A stretch of 62,033 bases of DNA from Chiloscyllium plagiosum (GCF_004010195.1 NC_057718.1:14035001-14097033), one strand, 5' to 3'. Shown: positions 1 through 13,930, counted from the stretch's first letter. Numbers and translations: made by a program. The notes: generated by a model from the letters alone, not told the origin.

Positions 1-385
1 GCATTCATGATCATGTAGCAAATGTTTTCCAGTTGCAGACTCACATGTAGTATTTGGCACCATGTTTTGAATTTTTCAAACATAGACTGGTTTGTTACAG
101 TCTTGTTTGCTGCAACAGCCAAAATGGTTTGTTGTTTGATATGATTTGCCAGGTTTTGGGACACATGGCCCATACAGCTAGCACTACACTGACACTGAAA
201 TTCATTTACCACATTACTCAGTTGTGTAATGGGATGAACATCTTTTTAGCTTGAAGGCAGAATGCATGTTAGTGGCAAACAGCCATTATGATACCACTGC
301 ATAGTAGCAGCTTTCAACAGCTAGCATGCTGATCAAACCTTTGAGATATTGTACCCTTTCATCTAAGCTGGATTGCTCAGAGGAC
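1..385 (-). mobile_element. Degenerate Penelope-like element body (GIY-YIG region)
   Basis: Minus strand of ~130-220 translates SNVVNEFQCQCSASCMGHVSQNLANHIKQ, a decayed PLE GIY-YIG motif (VVY..C.C...YVG.T...L..RI.QH). Confidence 0.55.
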
Positions 386-720
386 CATGCAGTCAGAAAC
401 AAAAATGGAAAAAGTGCTGGTGACAGCCATTCTCTGGTTCATTTCTCAGAAAAGTGCCTTGACCAATCAGAGTAGTCTTGCTTGATTTAAAATTTAAACA
501 GATCTTGGCATTTAACTGTTAGTCATCATCTAATTGGTGCATTCTCCATGGTAATGCTAACAGGAATCAATTTGCCAACCAATCAACATTGTCCTCATAC
601 AGTATAAATATTGTTTTTCTTACATTATTCTTGTGAATTGTCCTGAGGAGTGCAAAATGTAAAACCTCGAAAAATGTGTCCTTTTTCAGCAATGTTCTGA
701 TTCTGTACTACTAAACAACT
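386..720 (+). mobile_element. Inverted pseudo-LTR (3' end) of the same PLE with a degenerate hammerhead
   Basis: CCAATCA repeats and TATAAAT, then ttgtc-CTGAGGA-gtgcaaaat-GTAA-aacctc-gaaaa at 638-673; opposite orientation to the adjacent GIY-YIG body. Confidence 0.45.
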
Positions 721-1636
721 GTTTCTATATCGCTGTTAAGAAAAGAGCTGCATGAAATATTAAATTTCACAATTCCCTCCTTTGCTGGTAGTATGTAATT
801 CATTTTAAATTCCTTTCTTGAATAACAGTCAGAGAACAGAAGCTGAAGAAAAGCGAGCCACGCTATTCCCAAAGCAATAAAAAGCAATTTATCTTGTTAT
901 TTCTGTGGGGTTTTATAATCTTGCCAAACAAAATTTCACTATTATCATATTCAATGGTGTTGAGTTAGAGTGTGGAATTATTTCAAAGGCCAAAATATGT
1001 TGTTTTCTCATACCATTAACAAAATTGTATCACAAATGATATAAAATAAAATCAAAGGAAGAAGCATTTCCACCCCATCATTATTTTGATGTTATTATCA
1101 TCCGTTTGGATGGGCTGAAGATATGCTTTCTGCACACTTCTAACTTGAATTCATTTAACAGTTGGCGTATGGTCTTTAGAAATTGAAGTGGTAAGGTATG
1201 TTTACTCCTCAGGCCTCCCAATTTTTCCAAACCTATCCACCTGAAAAAACCTATTCAATCAAATAAAGCCACTGAGAAATGAAATAAAATCAGTCCTGGA
1301 TGCTCTATTTCTTTATTTTGCTGACTGACAAAGATCTCACAATTATGTTAATTAGAGCTCCAATTCAGTAAAGTATAATTTTGGTCATTCTCCCTAATAT
1401 CTTCAGAGATATTTGAGGAACTAGACTTGAATATGTACAAAGGCTATCACGGGCACTGTCCCACGGGTAGTATTTTCGGCCCGAATAAACTTTAGCTACT
1501 TTATCAATTACCTTCAGCTGCAAATTCAGAAGTCAGACTGATTGCATTCATTTGCAACTCCTTAGATAATGAAATATTCTGTACCTGAATACAGCAAGAC
1601 CTAGGCAACATTCAGGCTGAATTGAGAAGTAGCAAA

Positions 1637-2287
1637 ATGGAGTCACAAGTAGACAGGATAGTAAAGAAGGTGTTTGGCATGCTTACCTTCACTGGTCAGA
1701 ATATTGAGTACAGGAGTTGAGACGTCATGTTGTGACCATAAAAGACATCGGTGAGGCCACTTTTAAATTATTGCATACAATTCTGGTTGACCTTCTATAG
1801 GAAGGATGTTGTTAAACTTGAAAGGGTGCAGGAAAAATATACAAGGATGTTGCTGGGACTGGAGGGTTTGAGTTAGAGGGAGAGGCTGAATAGCCTGGGG
1901 CTTTTTCCCTGGAGCATCAGAAGCTGAGGGGTAACCTTATCAAGGTTTACAAAATCATGAGGGACATGGATAGGGTGAATAGCCAAGGCCTTTTTCTTAG
2001 GGTAGGGCAATCCAAACATACAGGGCATAGGATTAAGGGGAAAGATTTAAAAAGGACTTTTTGCATAGAGGGTAGTTGTGTATGGAATGAGCTACTAGAG
2101 GAAGTGGTGGAGGCAGGTGCAATTACAACACTTAAAATGCATCTGGATGGATATGTGAATAGGAAGGGTTTAGAGGGATATGAACTAAATGCTGGCGTAT
2201 GGGACTAGGTCAGATTAGGATGTCTGTTCAGCGTTGGACTGAAGGGTCTGTTTCTGTGTTGTATGACTCTATGACCTTATTACTCTA
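1637..2287 (+). mobile_element. CR1 LINE 3' fragment inserted in a Crack/L2-group LINE relic
   Basis: ORF 1957-2208 has the CR1 C-terminus (VWNELLEEVVEAG...HLD); 3' UTR ends ggactgaagggtctgtttc plus tatgactc-type repeats. Confidence 0.9.
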
Positions 2288-3070
2288 TTTGTGTCATGTA
2301 AGTGGCAGGCAATAAGCATCTCCAACAAGAGACAATCTAACTGTATTTCCTCGACATTCAATTATAGTGACTTCACTGAATCTCCACTGTCAACATTCTA
2401 GTAATCAATGCATGGATGCAGTGTATCCACCAACCACATTACAGCAATTTAGGATTCTTCGATAGTATCTTCCAAATTTATGTACATTTGTCCACTTTGA
2501 TGGAAATCTGCCACAAAGTAGTTCATGAGACATTGAAATCAGTCCAGACCCTAGTTATTTAAATGAAGTTCCAACATCCATCTAACCAGCAATATTCCAT
2601 TAATGTCCTCACCCAAATCATTTAAAAGCCAGTAACAGAAATGATTCGAAAAGGATCCTGGCAGGAAAAATTATGACGTGACCTTATACAGAATCTCCTC
2701 TCATCAGTTGCTGTCACTTTCTCTCATAAGATCAGAGTGCCAATTATATATGACAAAATTTAACACTTGATTGAGTACAACATTTTATTGAAAGATTTCT
2801 GGATACCAAAACATGGATACTAATTATTAACATCTACCTCCTTTAGGATTATCATCCAATTCTGCAAAAAGCTTAATCACATAAGCAATGTTTGGTAACA
2901 TTATTAATGCTTTCATCTATTTAGTTTTTGGCTGACAACTTTCAAGACTTCAGCCAATTCTACCCCACTGTACCTTTTGCAAAAACTCTCTCCCTTTCCT
3001 ATTAGCAGATCAATAATATACTTTTAAGATCCTCAATCACCGAAACTGACATCCGTGTCTACCCTTAAAG

Positions 3071-5524
3071 TCATTAGAATCATAGAGTCACAGAAATGTA
3101 CAGCACGGAAACAGATGCTTTGGTCCAAATGGTCCATGCTGACCAGATATCCCAACCTCATCTCATTCTATTTGCCAGCACTTGACCCATATCCCTCTGA
3201 ACCCTTCCTATTCATATACCCATCCAGATGCCTTTTAAATGTTGCAATTGTACCAGCCACTACCACTTCCTCTGGCAGCTCATTCCATACACACACCACA
3301 GGCTGTATGAAAAAGTTGTCCCTGAGGTTCCTTTTATATCTTTCCCCTCTCACCCTAAACTGATGCCCTCTAGTTCTGGACTCCCACACCCCAGGGAAAA
3401 GACTTTGCCTATTTATCCTATCCGGGCCCCTCATGATTTTATAAACCTCTATTAGGTCACCTTTCAGCCTTCGACATTCCAGGGAAAACAGCCCCAGCCT
3501 ATTCAGCCTCTCTCTTGAGCTCAAATCTTCCAACCCATCCTTGCAAATCTTTTCTGAACCCTTTCAAGTTTCACAACATCTTTTCAATAGGAAGGAGACC
3601 ACAATTGCATGCAATATTCCAAACGTGGCCTAACCAATGTCCTGTACAGCCGCAACATGACCTCCCAACTCCTATATTCAATACTCGGACCAATAAAGGA
3701 AAGCATACCAAATGCCTTCTTCACTATCCTATCTACCTGCGACTCTACTTTAAAAGAGCTATCAACCTGCACTCTAAGGTCTCTGTTCAGCAACACTACC
3801 GAGGACCTTACCATTAAGTCAAGCTCTGATTTGCTTTCCCAAATTTCAGCACTCACATTTATCTAAATTAAAATCCTTCTGCCACTCCTCAGTCCATTGG
3901 CCCATCTGATCAAGATCCCATTGTAATCTGAGGTAACCGTCTTTGCTGTCCACTACATTTCCAATTTTGGTGTCATCTGCAAACTTACTAGCTATACCTC
4001 TTATGTTCATATCCAAATAATTTTTGTAAATGACGAAAAGTAGTGGACCCAGCACCAATCCTTGTGGCACTGCACTGGTCACAGGCCTCCAGTCTGAAAA
4101 ACAACTCTCCACCACCACTCTCTGTCTCCTACCCTCAAGCCAGTTATGTATCCAAATGGCTTGTTCTCCCTGTCTCCCATGAGATCTAACCTTGCTAACC
4201 AGTCTCCCATGGGGAACCTTGTTGAAAGCCTTACTGAAGTTCATATGGATCACGTCCACTGCTCTGCCCTAATCAATCTCTTTGTTACTTTTTCAAAAAA
4301 CTCAATCAAGTTCGTGAGACATGATTTCCCATGCACAAAGCCTTGCTGACTATCCCTAATCAGTCCTTACTTTTCCAATTATGTGTATATCCTGTCCCAT
4401 AGGATTCCTTCCAACAACTTGCCCACCACCGACATCAGGCTCACTGGTCTATAGTTCCCTGGCTTTTAGCCAACCTCCAGTCTTCTGGCACCTCACCTGT
4501 GACTATCGATGATACAAATATCTTGGCAAGAGGCACAACAATCACTTCCCTAGCTTCTCAGGTACAGCTGATCAGGTCCACCTTTATCCACCTTTATGCA
4601 TTTCAAGACATCTAGCACTTCCTATTCTGTAATCTGGACATTTTTCAAGATGTCACCATCTATTTCCCTACATTCTATATCTTCCATGTTCTTTTCCACA
4701 GTAAACACTGATGCAAAATACTCATTTAGTATCTCCCCCATCTCCTGCGTCTCCACACAAAGGCTACCTTGCTGATCTTTGAGGGGCCCTATTCGCTCCC
4801 TAGTTATTCTTCTGTCCTTAATGTATTTGTAAAACCTCTTTGGATTCTCCTTAATTCTATTTGCCAAAGCTATCTCATGTCCCCGTTTTGCCCTCCTGAT
4901 TTCCCTCTTAAGTATACTCCTACTTCCTTTATACTCTTCTAAGGATTCACTCGATCTATCCTGTCTGTACCTGACATATCCTCCTTCTTTTTCTTAACCA
5001 AACCCTCAATTTCTTTAGTCATCCAGCATTCCCTATACCTACCAGCCTTCCCTTTCACCCTGACAGGAATATAATTTCTCTGGATTCTTGTTATCTCATT
5101 TCTGAAGGCTTCCCATTTTCCAACCGTCCCTTTACCTGCGAACGTCTGCCTCCAATCAGCTTTTGAAAGTACTTGCCTAATACCGTCAAAATTGGCCTTT
5201 CTCCAATTTAGAACTTCAACTTTTAGATCTGGTCTATCATTTTCCATCACTATTTTCAAACGAATAGAATTATGGTCGCTGGCCCCAAAGTGCTCCCCCA
5301 CTTACACCTCAGTCACCCGCCCTGCCTTATTTCCCAAGAGTAGGTCACGTTTTGCACCTTCTCTAGTAGGTACATCCACATACTGAATCAGAAAATTGTC
5401 TTGTACACACTTAAGAAATTCCTCTCCATTTAAACCTTTAACACTATGGCAGTCCCAGTCAATGTTTGGAAAGTTAAAATCCCCTACCATAACTACCCTA
5501 TTATTCTTACAGATAGCTGAAATC
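3071..5524 (-). mobile_element. CR1 LINE, 5'-truncated and internally deleted (endonuclease, RT, 3' UTR)
   Basis: Minus ORFs contain VGDFNFPNIDW and SDHN (APE endonuclease), FSKAFNKVPH, VPQG.VLGP and KFADDTK (RT), RPRLEYC..WSP. Confidence 0.95.
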
Positions 5525-5540
5525 AATGGTATGAAAACAT

Positions 5541-5737
5541 GGAGTCATAGAGTTTTACAGCACAAAATAGACCCTTTGGTCCAACTCGACTGTACTGACT
5601 AGAGATCCAAAACTAATCTAGTCCCATTTACCTGCATTTGGCCCTTATCCCTCTAAACCCTTCCTATTTATGTAGCCGTCCAGATGCCTTTTACATGTTA
5701 TAATGTACCCGGCTCCACCATCTTCTATGGCAGCCCT
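5541..5737 (-). mobile_element. CR1 3' tail fragment
   Basis: Reverse complement of the CR1 3' UTR seen in other copies (gtcatagag...ctagtcccatt). Confidence 0.8.
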
Positions 5738-5890
5738 TCGACCATGAGTTAAGCTTCCACCCAACTGCTAGGATCGTCTATTGGCACTTTGGCTATATTG
5801 CTGACTTTGAATGTTTGATTATAATAAGTGCAAATTATTGTTGTAACTCAGCCAGAAATACTGAAATTGTCACATTCCCATTTATTACAG

Positions 5891-5975
5891 AGGCATTAAT
5901 AGCAGAGCTTCAGAAGAACATCAAAGATGCTTTTGCTGTTTTTGATCATGAGTCAAACAACTCTGTGGATGTCAG
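5891..5975 (+). CDS. EFCAB2: EFCAB2/DRC8 internal coding exon A (85 nt)
   Basis: ttattacag|AG GCA TTA...GAT GTC AG|gtcagt; encodes (E)ALIAELQKNIKDAFAVFDHESNNSVDV(R), EF-hand 1. Confidence 0.92.
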
Positions 5976-6367
5976 GTCAGTCTATGATGCAGAGCTACAT
6001 TTATGAAAGCAACAATTCTTGTTTTTGAGGGCAAAATTCGTATAGTTACAGAAGATTATTAAAATTTGGACTATAATTTTGTAATGGAGTTTGAGCTCTG
6101 TGTGAGGAATGTTCAATCACCTTCTTGTATAGAATTGAGGTCTGTGAACTAAAATGCTTGACAGGATAATGCAAGCCGACATGTTCCCGTCACATAAGGC
6201 AATATACATGATTGAGACAAGTGTAGTTATTTAAATAAGAATGTATGGCTTAAGTGGCTGACACATTGACAGCATACACAATACATTTGAATTACTTTAG
6301 ACCTTGGATGTTTTGTATTGTTATACCTGAATGGAGTACTTGCCATTGCTTGTGTCTTTTTAAATGA

Positions 6368-6515
6368 GTTTTTTAAAATTCATTTGTGGGGCGTGGGTAT
6401 TGCTGGCTGGGCCACCATTTATTGTCTTGAGAAGGTGGTGATAAGCTGCCTTCTTGAACCATTGCAACCCCTATTTTGTAGGTAGACCCACAATGCCATT
6501 AGGGGGAGAATTCTT
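6368..6515 (-). mobile_element. 3' tail of Crack/L2-group LINE
   Basis: Reverse complement matches the tail gcagc..caagaaggcagct.a.caccaccttct...caataaatg also at 16060-16250, 52200-52294 and 58660-58775. Confidence 0.7.
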
Positions 6516-6819
6516 TTAATTATGGTAGAAATTTGCAATGACCATCAAAAGTTCTGGCTGCCTTTCCTTTCCCTCCCGACCCATCCCCACTTACCATTCC
6601 CTCCCCTGACAATATTTACCTTGCAAGAACTGGATGGACATTTCATCTATCAGAAGGTAAATTGGAAAATCTTGTGCCCTTGCTGTTTTTGGCGGGTTTC
6701 ACTGGTATTCCACTAGACATCTTGTTGAAAACAGAGATCTTAAGTGGAAAGGGTCCCTGACGAAAATGGAAAATATTGAGAGAGAAGGATGTAGATTGGA
6801 CAGGAATTGGGGAGAGCAA

Positions 6820-9800
6820 GACTGTACTCCATTTTGGATACTGCTGGTGGGAATGGCCCACCAGGGGAAAGCCATAGTTGTCAGGTCTCTGGCACTGAGG
6901 CTCAGAAGGGAAGGGGGGAGAATAGAAAAGCGCTAGTGGTAGGGAACTCAATAGTTAGATGGATTGACAGGAGATTTTGTGGTAGGAAACGGGACCGCCG
7001 GAAAGTACGTTGCCTTCCCGGTGCCAGGATCCGGAATGACACCGATCGGGTTTACAGGATTCTGAAGGGGAAGGGTAAGCAGCCAGAAATTGTGTTACAT
7101 ATTGAAATCATGATATAGCTAGGGAAGAGATTGAGGATCTGAAAAGTGACTACAGAGAGCTATATTGGAAGTTGAAGAACAGGACAAGTAGATTAGTGTT
7201 CTCAGGTTTGCTACCGGTGCCACAAGGTAGTGAGGTGAGGAACAGGCAGTGAATGCAACTTAACACGTGGCTGCACAGCTGGTGCAGGAGGGAGGGCTTC
7301 AGATATTTAGACATTGGGATGCCATCTGGGGAAGGTGGGACTGGTACATGAAGGTTGGGTTGCACCTGAATTGGAGGGGCACGAATGTCCTGGGTGGGAG
7401 ATTTGCTCATGTAGTTCGGGAGGGCTTAAACTAGTTTGGCAAGGGGGTGGAAACCAGAGCTACATATCTGAAGGGGGGTAGTTAGATATGGGGGAGTGAC
7501 AGGATGTAGTGAATCTATCGGGAAGGTTATTCATGTGATGGAACAAAGGGATCAGTTAAAGTGTGTCTGCTTTAATGCAAGGAGTGTCAGAAATAAGAGT
7601 GATGAACTTAGATCATGAATCAGTACTTGGGACTATGATGTTGTGGCCATAACGGAGACATGGGTTTCACAGGGGCAGGAATGGTTGCTAGATGTTCTAG
7701 GGTTTAGAACATTTAAAAAGAACAGGAAGGGTGGAAAAAGCAGAAGGGGTGTAGCATTGCTAATCAGAGAGTGCATCACAGCTATAGAAACTAAGGTTGT
7801 TGAGGAAGGTTTGCCTACTGAGTCAGTATGGATGGAAGTTAGGAACAGCAAAGGAGCAGCGACCTCATTAGGGGTTTTCTACAGACCTCCTAATAGCAAT
7901 AGGGAGCTTGAAGATCTCATCGGCCAGCAGGTTTTGGAAAAATGCAGATGTAGCAGGGTTGTTGCTATGGGTGACTTCAACTTTCCCAATATTGACTGGA
8001 ACTTCCTTAGTGCAGATGGTTTGGATGGAGCCGTTTTTTGTCAGGTATGTTCAGGAGGGTTTCCTTATTCAGTGTGTAGACAAGGGGAGAGGCCATTTTG
8101 GATTTGGTGCTTGACAATGAGCCAGGACAGGTGTCAGATCTCGCGGTGGGAGAATACTTTGGTGATAGTGATCACAACTGCCTCACATTTACTATAGCCT
8201 TGGAGAGGAAAAGGAGCAGTTATCAAGGGAAGATATTTAATTGGGGAAAGGAAAATTATGATGCTATCAGACAGGAGTTGGGTAGTACAGATTGGGAGCA
8301 ATTGTTCCACAGAAAGGGCACAACAAACATGCGAAGACTGTTTAAGGCGCAGCTGTTGTGAGAGATGCACAAATTTGTTTCTCTGAGACAGGCAAGAATG
8401 GGTAAGGTTAAGGAGCCCTGGATGATGAGAACAGAGGTGCTTCTCGTCAAAAGGAAGAAAGCAGCTTACGTAAGGTGGAGGAAGCAAGGATCTAGCACAG
8501 CTTTAGAGGATTACAGGCTTACTAGAAAGGAGCTCAGAAATGGACCTCAGGAAGGGGTACGAAAAAGGCTTGACAGGAAGGATTAGGGAGAACCCAAAGG
8601 AATTTTACTCACATGTGAAGAATAAGAGAATGATCAGGGAGAAGAGCCAGTCAGGGATAGCATTGTGAATTTGTGCGTGGAGTCTGAGCAGATAGGGGAA
8701 GCCCTAAATGCGTTTTTTGCTTCAGTTTTCACTAAGAAAAGGGACCTTGTTGTGAATGAGAACTCTGAGGAGCTGGGAAACAGGCTTGAACAGATCAAAA
8801 TTGATGAAGTTGATGTGCTGGAAATTTTGGCAAATATTAAAATTGATAAGTCCCCAGGGCCAGACCAGGATTATCCTAGGTTGCTCTGGGAAGCAAGAAA
8901 GGAGGTTGCTAAGCTGCTGGTGAAGATCTTTGCTTCCTCACTGTCCACATGAGTTGTACCGGAGGATTGGAAGGAGGCGAATGTTGTTCCTTTTTTCAAG
9001 CAGGGGAATAGGGAAATCACTGGCAATTACAGACCAGTCAGTCTTAGGTCTGTGGTCAGCAAGGTTTTGGAAAAGAATTCTGAGGGATAGGGTTTATGAC
9101 TATTTGGAAAAGAATAGCGTGATTAAAGGCAGTCAGCATAGCTTTGTGAGGGGCAGGTCATGCCTCACAAATCTTATTGAGTTCTTTGAGGTGGTGACAA
9201 TACAAGTTGATGAAGCTCGAGCAGTGGTTGTGGTGTAAATTGGCTTCAACAAGGCATTTGATAAGGTTCCCCATGGTAGGCTCATTCATAAAGTCAGGAG
9301 GTGTGGAATACAGGGAGATTTGGCTATCTGGATTCAGAATTGGTTGGTTGACAGAAGGCAGAGAGTACTTGTCGATGGAAAGTATTCTGCCTGGAGGTCA
9401 GTGGTGAGTGGTTTCCCGCAGGGCTCTGTTCTTGGGCCTCTGCTCTTTGTAGTTTTTATAAATGACTTGGATGAGGAGGTTGAGAGGTGAGTTAGTACAT
9501 TTGCTAATGACACAAAGGTTGGAGGTGCCATTGATAGTATTGAGGGCTTTGCAGGTTGCAGTGCGACATTGACAAGATGCAGAGCTGGGCTGAGAAATGG
9601 CAGATGGAGTTCAACCTGGATAATAGCAAAGTGATTCATTTTGGAAGGTCGAACTTGAATGCTGAATATAGGATTAAAGACAGGATTCTTTGCAGTGTGG
9701 AGGAACAGAGGGATCTTGGTGTTCAAGTGCATAGATCCCTCAAAGTTGCCACCCAAGTGGATAGGGTTGTTAAGAAGGTATATGGTGTTTTGTCTTTTAT

Positions 9801-10425
9801 TAACGGGGGGGGGGGGGTCAAATTTAAGAGCTGCAAGATTTTGCTACAGCTCTACAAGTCCCCAGTGAGACCACACTTGGAATATTGTGTCCAGTTCTGG
9901 TCGCCCTATTATAGGAAAGATACGGAGGCTTTGGAGAGAGCGCAAAGAAGGTTTATCAGGATGCTGCCTGGACTTGAGGGCTTGTCTTACGAAAAGAGGT
10001 TGACTAAGCTTGGATTTCTCTCGCTGGACAGAAGGAGAAAGAGACCTGATTGAGGTATCCAAGATAATGAGAGGCAATATGGATGAGATGGATAGAGTCA
10101 ATAGCCAGAAACTTTTATCCAGGGCAGCAGTGGCTGGCATAAGGGATCATAGTTTTAAGATATTAGGAGGAAGGTATAGAGGAGTCCTCAGAGGTAGGTT
10201 CTTTATGCAGAGAGTTGTGAATGCATGGAATGTGTTGCCAGCAGTGGTTGTGGAAGTGGAGTCATTAGGGACATTTAAGCGACTGCTGGACATGCACATG
10301 GACATCACTGAATTGAAGGGTGTGTAGGTTAGGTTATTTTATTTTAGATTAGGAATAATCCTTGGCACAACATCATGGGCTGAAGGGCCTGTTCTGTGCT
10401 GTACTTTTCTATGTTCTACGTTCTA
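6820..10425 (+). mobile_element. Long CR1 LINE: ORF1 esterase (SGNH-like) remnant, ORF2 and 3' UTR
   Basis: ALVVGNSIVR..CLPGARI..PEIVLHI (ORF1 esterase); AITETW, FYRPPN, MGDFNFPNIDW, SDHN, KSPGPD, GRSCLTNL, RPHLEYCVQFWSP; many stops and frameshifts; tail tatgttctacgttcta. Confidence 0.95.
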
Positions 10426-10529
10426 GTGGTAAATCCTACTGTCTATGTGACACATTGGGATTACAGCTTCATTATTAAATAAAGTAAGATTAGACTACCT
10501 GTTGCACTTAACTTGACCAAGCTGACAAA

Positions 10530-10990
10530 AGGAAAGTCTATTCCAGAATGGGATTGATAGATTCTGCGATACTAAAGTATGAGGGGAATAGATAGGGTAG
10601 AAACCTCACCTTTTAAGAGCTGCCAACAACCAAGGGCCATGACTTTATGATAGGAAATGAGAGGTTTAGAGAGGATTTAAGGAAGAAGTTTTTCACAAGA
10701 GATTGACGGGTATCTGCCCAAAAGCATGCTCGAGGTAGCAACCATCATAGTATTTAAGAAGTGTTTTGATGAACATTTGGAACACAATAGCATACAAGGC
10801 TAGACAGGTGCTTGATAACTGGCACAGGCAGAATGGATCAAAGGGCTTCTTTCTGTGTTGTAAAACTCTATATTGCTATGACATGGGGAGCTAAAGGAGA
10901 GGAAAAATGAAGTTTCAACAGAAGATCAGACGAGGTTTTATTGAATGTCAGAGGAGGCTGAAGAGGCCTTCTCCTGCTCCTATTTCTTAT
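10530..10990 (+). mobile_element. Old CR1 3' fragments
   Basis: Degenerate CR1 3' UTRs (aagggcttctttctgtgttg; ggccttctcctgctcctatttcttat). Confidence 0.6.
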
Positions 10991-11769
10991 AAACGTCCGT
11001 AATCTCTATTGCAGCTACTACATAGAAGTGAAAGAACTGGAATAAAACTGACTGCTCTAATGGGAGCCCTAATTAGTCTTGTCTGACTTTCCTGAACTTA
11101 AATATTTAGCATGATCTGTCAGGCATATTAGAGAAACAAAACAATGGACTTGTTTAAAATATAATAGGTTGCTAGGCTATCATAAAATAGGAATTTTATT
11201 GCTCCCAGTGATCGTTTCTCATCTTTGACTGTTGTGTATTTTGTGTGTCAATTTTCTCCATAGCATCAGGTATTGCTGTGAAGTGGTTATCTTGTTTTTA
11301 TTAGTCTCTATTGAACATAATATTTTGCTCAGTCCTTGCCAGTTGAGACTTCAACAGTCTATAAGCGAAGCTTAAATACTGCATTATTAATCATAATGTA
11401 ATGTGGTGTAATGCCTCACATGAGCCTAACTTCACTGTATATTATATAAAATAGGTAATAATTTTAAAGAGCACCCTTGCAATTGAATTAAACTTATAGG
11501 AAAGTGTAGGTTGGGGCAGGAGGGACGTTAAAGGGGGATGATGGAAAAGGGTACCTGAGCTAAGAAAATTAAAGTTACTTTGAAGAAATATTTTTGCCTA
11601 GAACTTGCAATCCCAGTGGCAGTAAGTTCTCAGAAATTCACTGCTATTGAAGATTGTTACAGATTTCATACAGCCAGCTTACATTTGAATCTTGGATGTA
11701 CCCAGGCTGGGATCAATCAGCATACCTGGATCTCATAAAAACATTGATTTATATTTGCATTGTTTTTTC

Positions 11770-12050
11770 ATGCAATTTGGCCATTGTTGGCAAGACTACC
11801 TTTTCTTGCCCATCACTAATTGCCCCTGACTTGAGTGGTTTCAGATGGCATTTAGAGGTCAATCACATTATTGTGGATCTGGAGTCACATATGGCCAGAC
11901 ATGCTAAGGAAGGCAGATTTCTTTCTCTAAGGGCATTAGTGTACTAAATGGGTTTTATGACAATGAAAGTTAACTTCACAGTCACTATTATTATGTTCCC
12001 AGCTGGTAAAAATACAGGACCAGTCAGGTACCAGAGTTAAACCTGGCTTG
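11770..12050 (-). mobile_element. tRNA-headed SINE with Crack/L2-type tail
   Basis: Shares the core ctggagtcacat.tggccagac...aggcagatttc with copies at 27277, 29920, 38955 and 40325. Confidence 0.75.
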
Positions 12051-13620
12051 ATAGACTATATGTTTTACTTTTGCAATTTGCTTACGATGGTAGTCAATCA
12101 CTGAACATATTCATAAGATGCTGCCAATGGACATTTAACAAAAGAACTTATGTTTATCACATAAAGAGATAAAAACAAACAGCAAAAATAAAGATTCAAC
12201 CCTTTTCCCCAGCAATATCCTTTACAGAATCTCAACCCCAATGAAGCTTCTGATTTGTTCATAAGATAGGGGGCATCTCTGGCTAGGTCAGCCCATCCCC
12301 AAATGCCCTGGAGAAAGTGGGTCTCTCGGCTCTGCACGTGCACCTATTGCTCCTATCTCTCCATCCATCCCCACCCCTCCTTCCTTACCCTTCTCTCTAT
12401 CTCCACCCTATAACTCTGGTTCTTCTGTCCCATGTATACCACAGAAGAGGCCTGGGTGACAGATGGATGTAGGGAAACTAGGGATATAGAGAGGCAGGAA
12501 CAAGATGAGAGCAGCTTTGGGAATGCCAGGAGGGTCAGGATGAACAGACCCCCATGTAGTGGTGCTGATGAAACTGGGTGTATAAGGTTAATGGAAGCAC
12601 TACTGGGGTTAGTTCAGGAGGTGCTGAGGGAGGGGAAATCTCGAAATGAAAGTAAATGAAAGAAAACATAAAGTGATCAAATGTACTTATTTGTTATTGA
12701 GCTAAAAGGACACTAGTTCAGTTTATGACATGCCATGGGCCATGACTCCATTGTTGGTATTTCAAAAGCCAGCATTGTATGACTGTAAACATAACTCCCT
12801 AATCTGGAAGAGTGTTCATTATCATTTAACTGAAATTGATGACTGATTTCTGTCATTCAGGCATTAAAAACAGTTTTACTCCACTTAAGTCCGGGGTTCA
12901 ATGTTGTGCTATTTGTTATACATTAGAGTTTATCTCACTTCAAATAAGGTTTATTATCTGGGGTGGGGTCTTATAGTAGGTACTATGATCACTAAGCGCA
13001 TGGAAATAGTTAATTGAAAGGTTTCTCTTCCGATAAGACACAAATTCTGGCAAACCAAAACATCAAGGAGTTCAGTTCCAAGTCTAGTTCTTCATCACAG
13101 GATTTCTTCTTTTGATGATAAAAAGCAAAAAGGACAAATTTCAAATTGGACACAAATACATGATGTTCCCACTCCTCTCTGCCCGCAAAAATAAAGGTTG
13201 AAAATCTCTTTGTATTTTTTACTGAGCAGCTTCCAACATTTCTTTTAAGGTCTGCTAGCCAAGCCATACAAAACCTAATCCTACAGGTCAAGACAGGCAT
13301 GGTATTAGCAATGACCAATGTTACCTGAATTTTACATCAGAGTCAACTGGTTTCAGTAATTTACACCTTTAAGTAGCCTACACCTGTTGTGGTCATGCAA
13401 CATGTTAGAGGGAAAAAGCCTTCCGCCACTTCAAATCAATTGGCATCTTGGAGGTCAGACCATCTCTGGGCCAGACCAGGCACGACAGTTCACAGTGTGA
13501 GATTCAGAGGCCCAATATCAAGTCATAATATGGGCTGCCACAAATTGAATATCTCCATCAAATGATTTTTGTTAAACTTCTTTAGCAGTCAAAAGTTTAA
13601 AAAAATCACTAATAAGTAAT

Positions 13621-13930
13621 CACTGCTGCCTCACAGCGCCAGAGACCCGGGTTCAATTCCCGCCTCAGGCGACTGACTGTGTGGAGTTTGCACGTTCTCC
13701 CCGTGCCTGCGTGGGTTTCCTCCGGGTGCTCCGGTTTCCTCCCACAGTCCAAAGATGTGCAGGTCAGGTGAATTGGCCATGCTAAATTGCCTGTAGTGTT
13801 TGGTAAGGGGTAAATGTAGGGGTATGGGTGGGTTGCACTTCGGCGGGGCGGTGTAGACTTGTTGGGCCGGAGGGCCTGTTTCCACACTGTAAGTAATCCA
13901 ATCTAATCTAATCTAATCTAATCTAATCTA
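13621..13930 (+). mobile_element. HE1-type V-SINE (slightly 5'-truncated)
   Basis: B box ggttcaattccc; V-domain tgtgtggagtttgcac...ttcctcccacagtccaaaga; CR1-like 3' end; (taatc)n tail. Confidence 0.9.

Noticed and set aside
1170..1200. Strong-looking donor (aag|gtatgt) as the end of the first EFCAB2 exon
   Set aside because: No suitable in-frame ATG with plausible N-terminal sequence just upstream.
5815..6006. 63-aa ORF as a standalone gene
   Set aside because: It is exon A plus intronic read-through; splice sites delimit 5891-5975.
13609..13887. ORFs over HE1 copies (also 50860-51274 and 56253-56489)
   Set aside because: Chance frames in a non-coding SINE, repeated in each copy.
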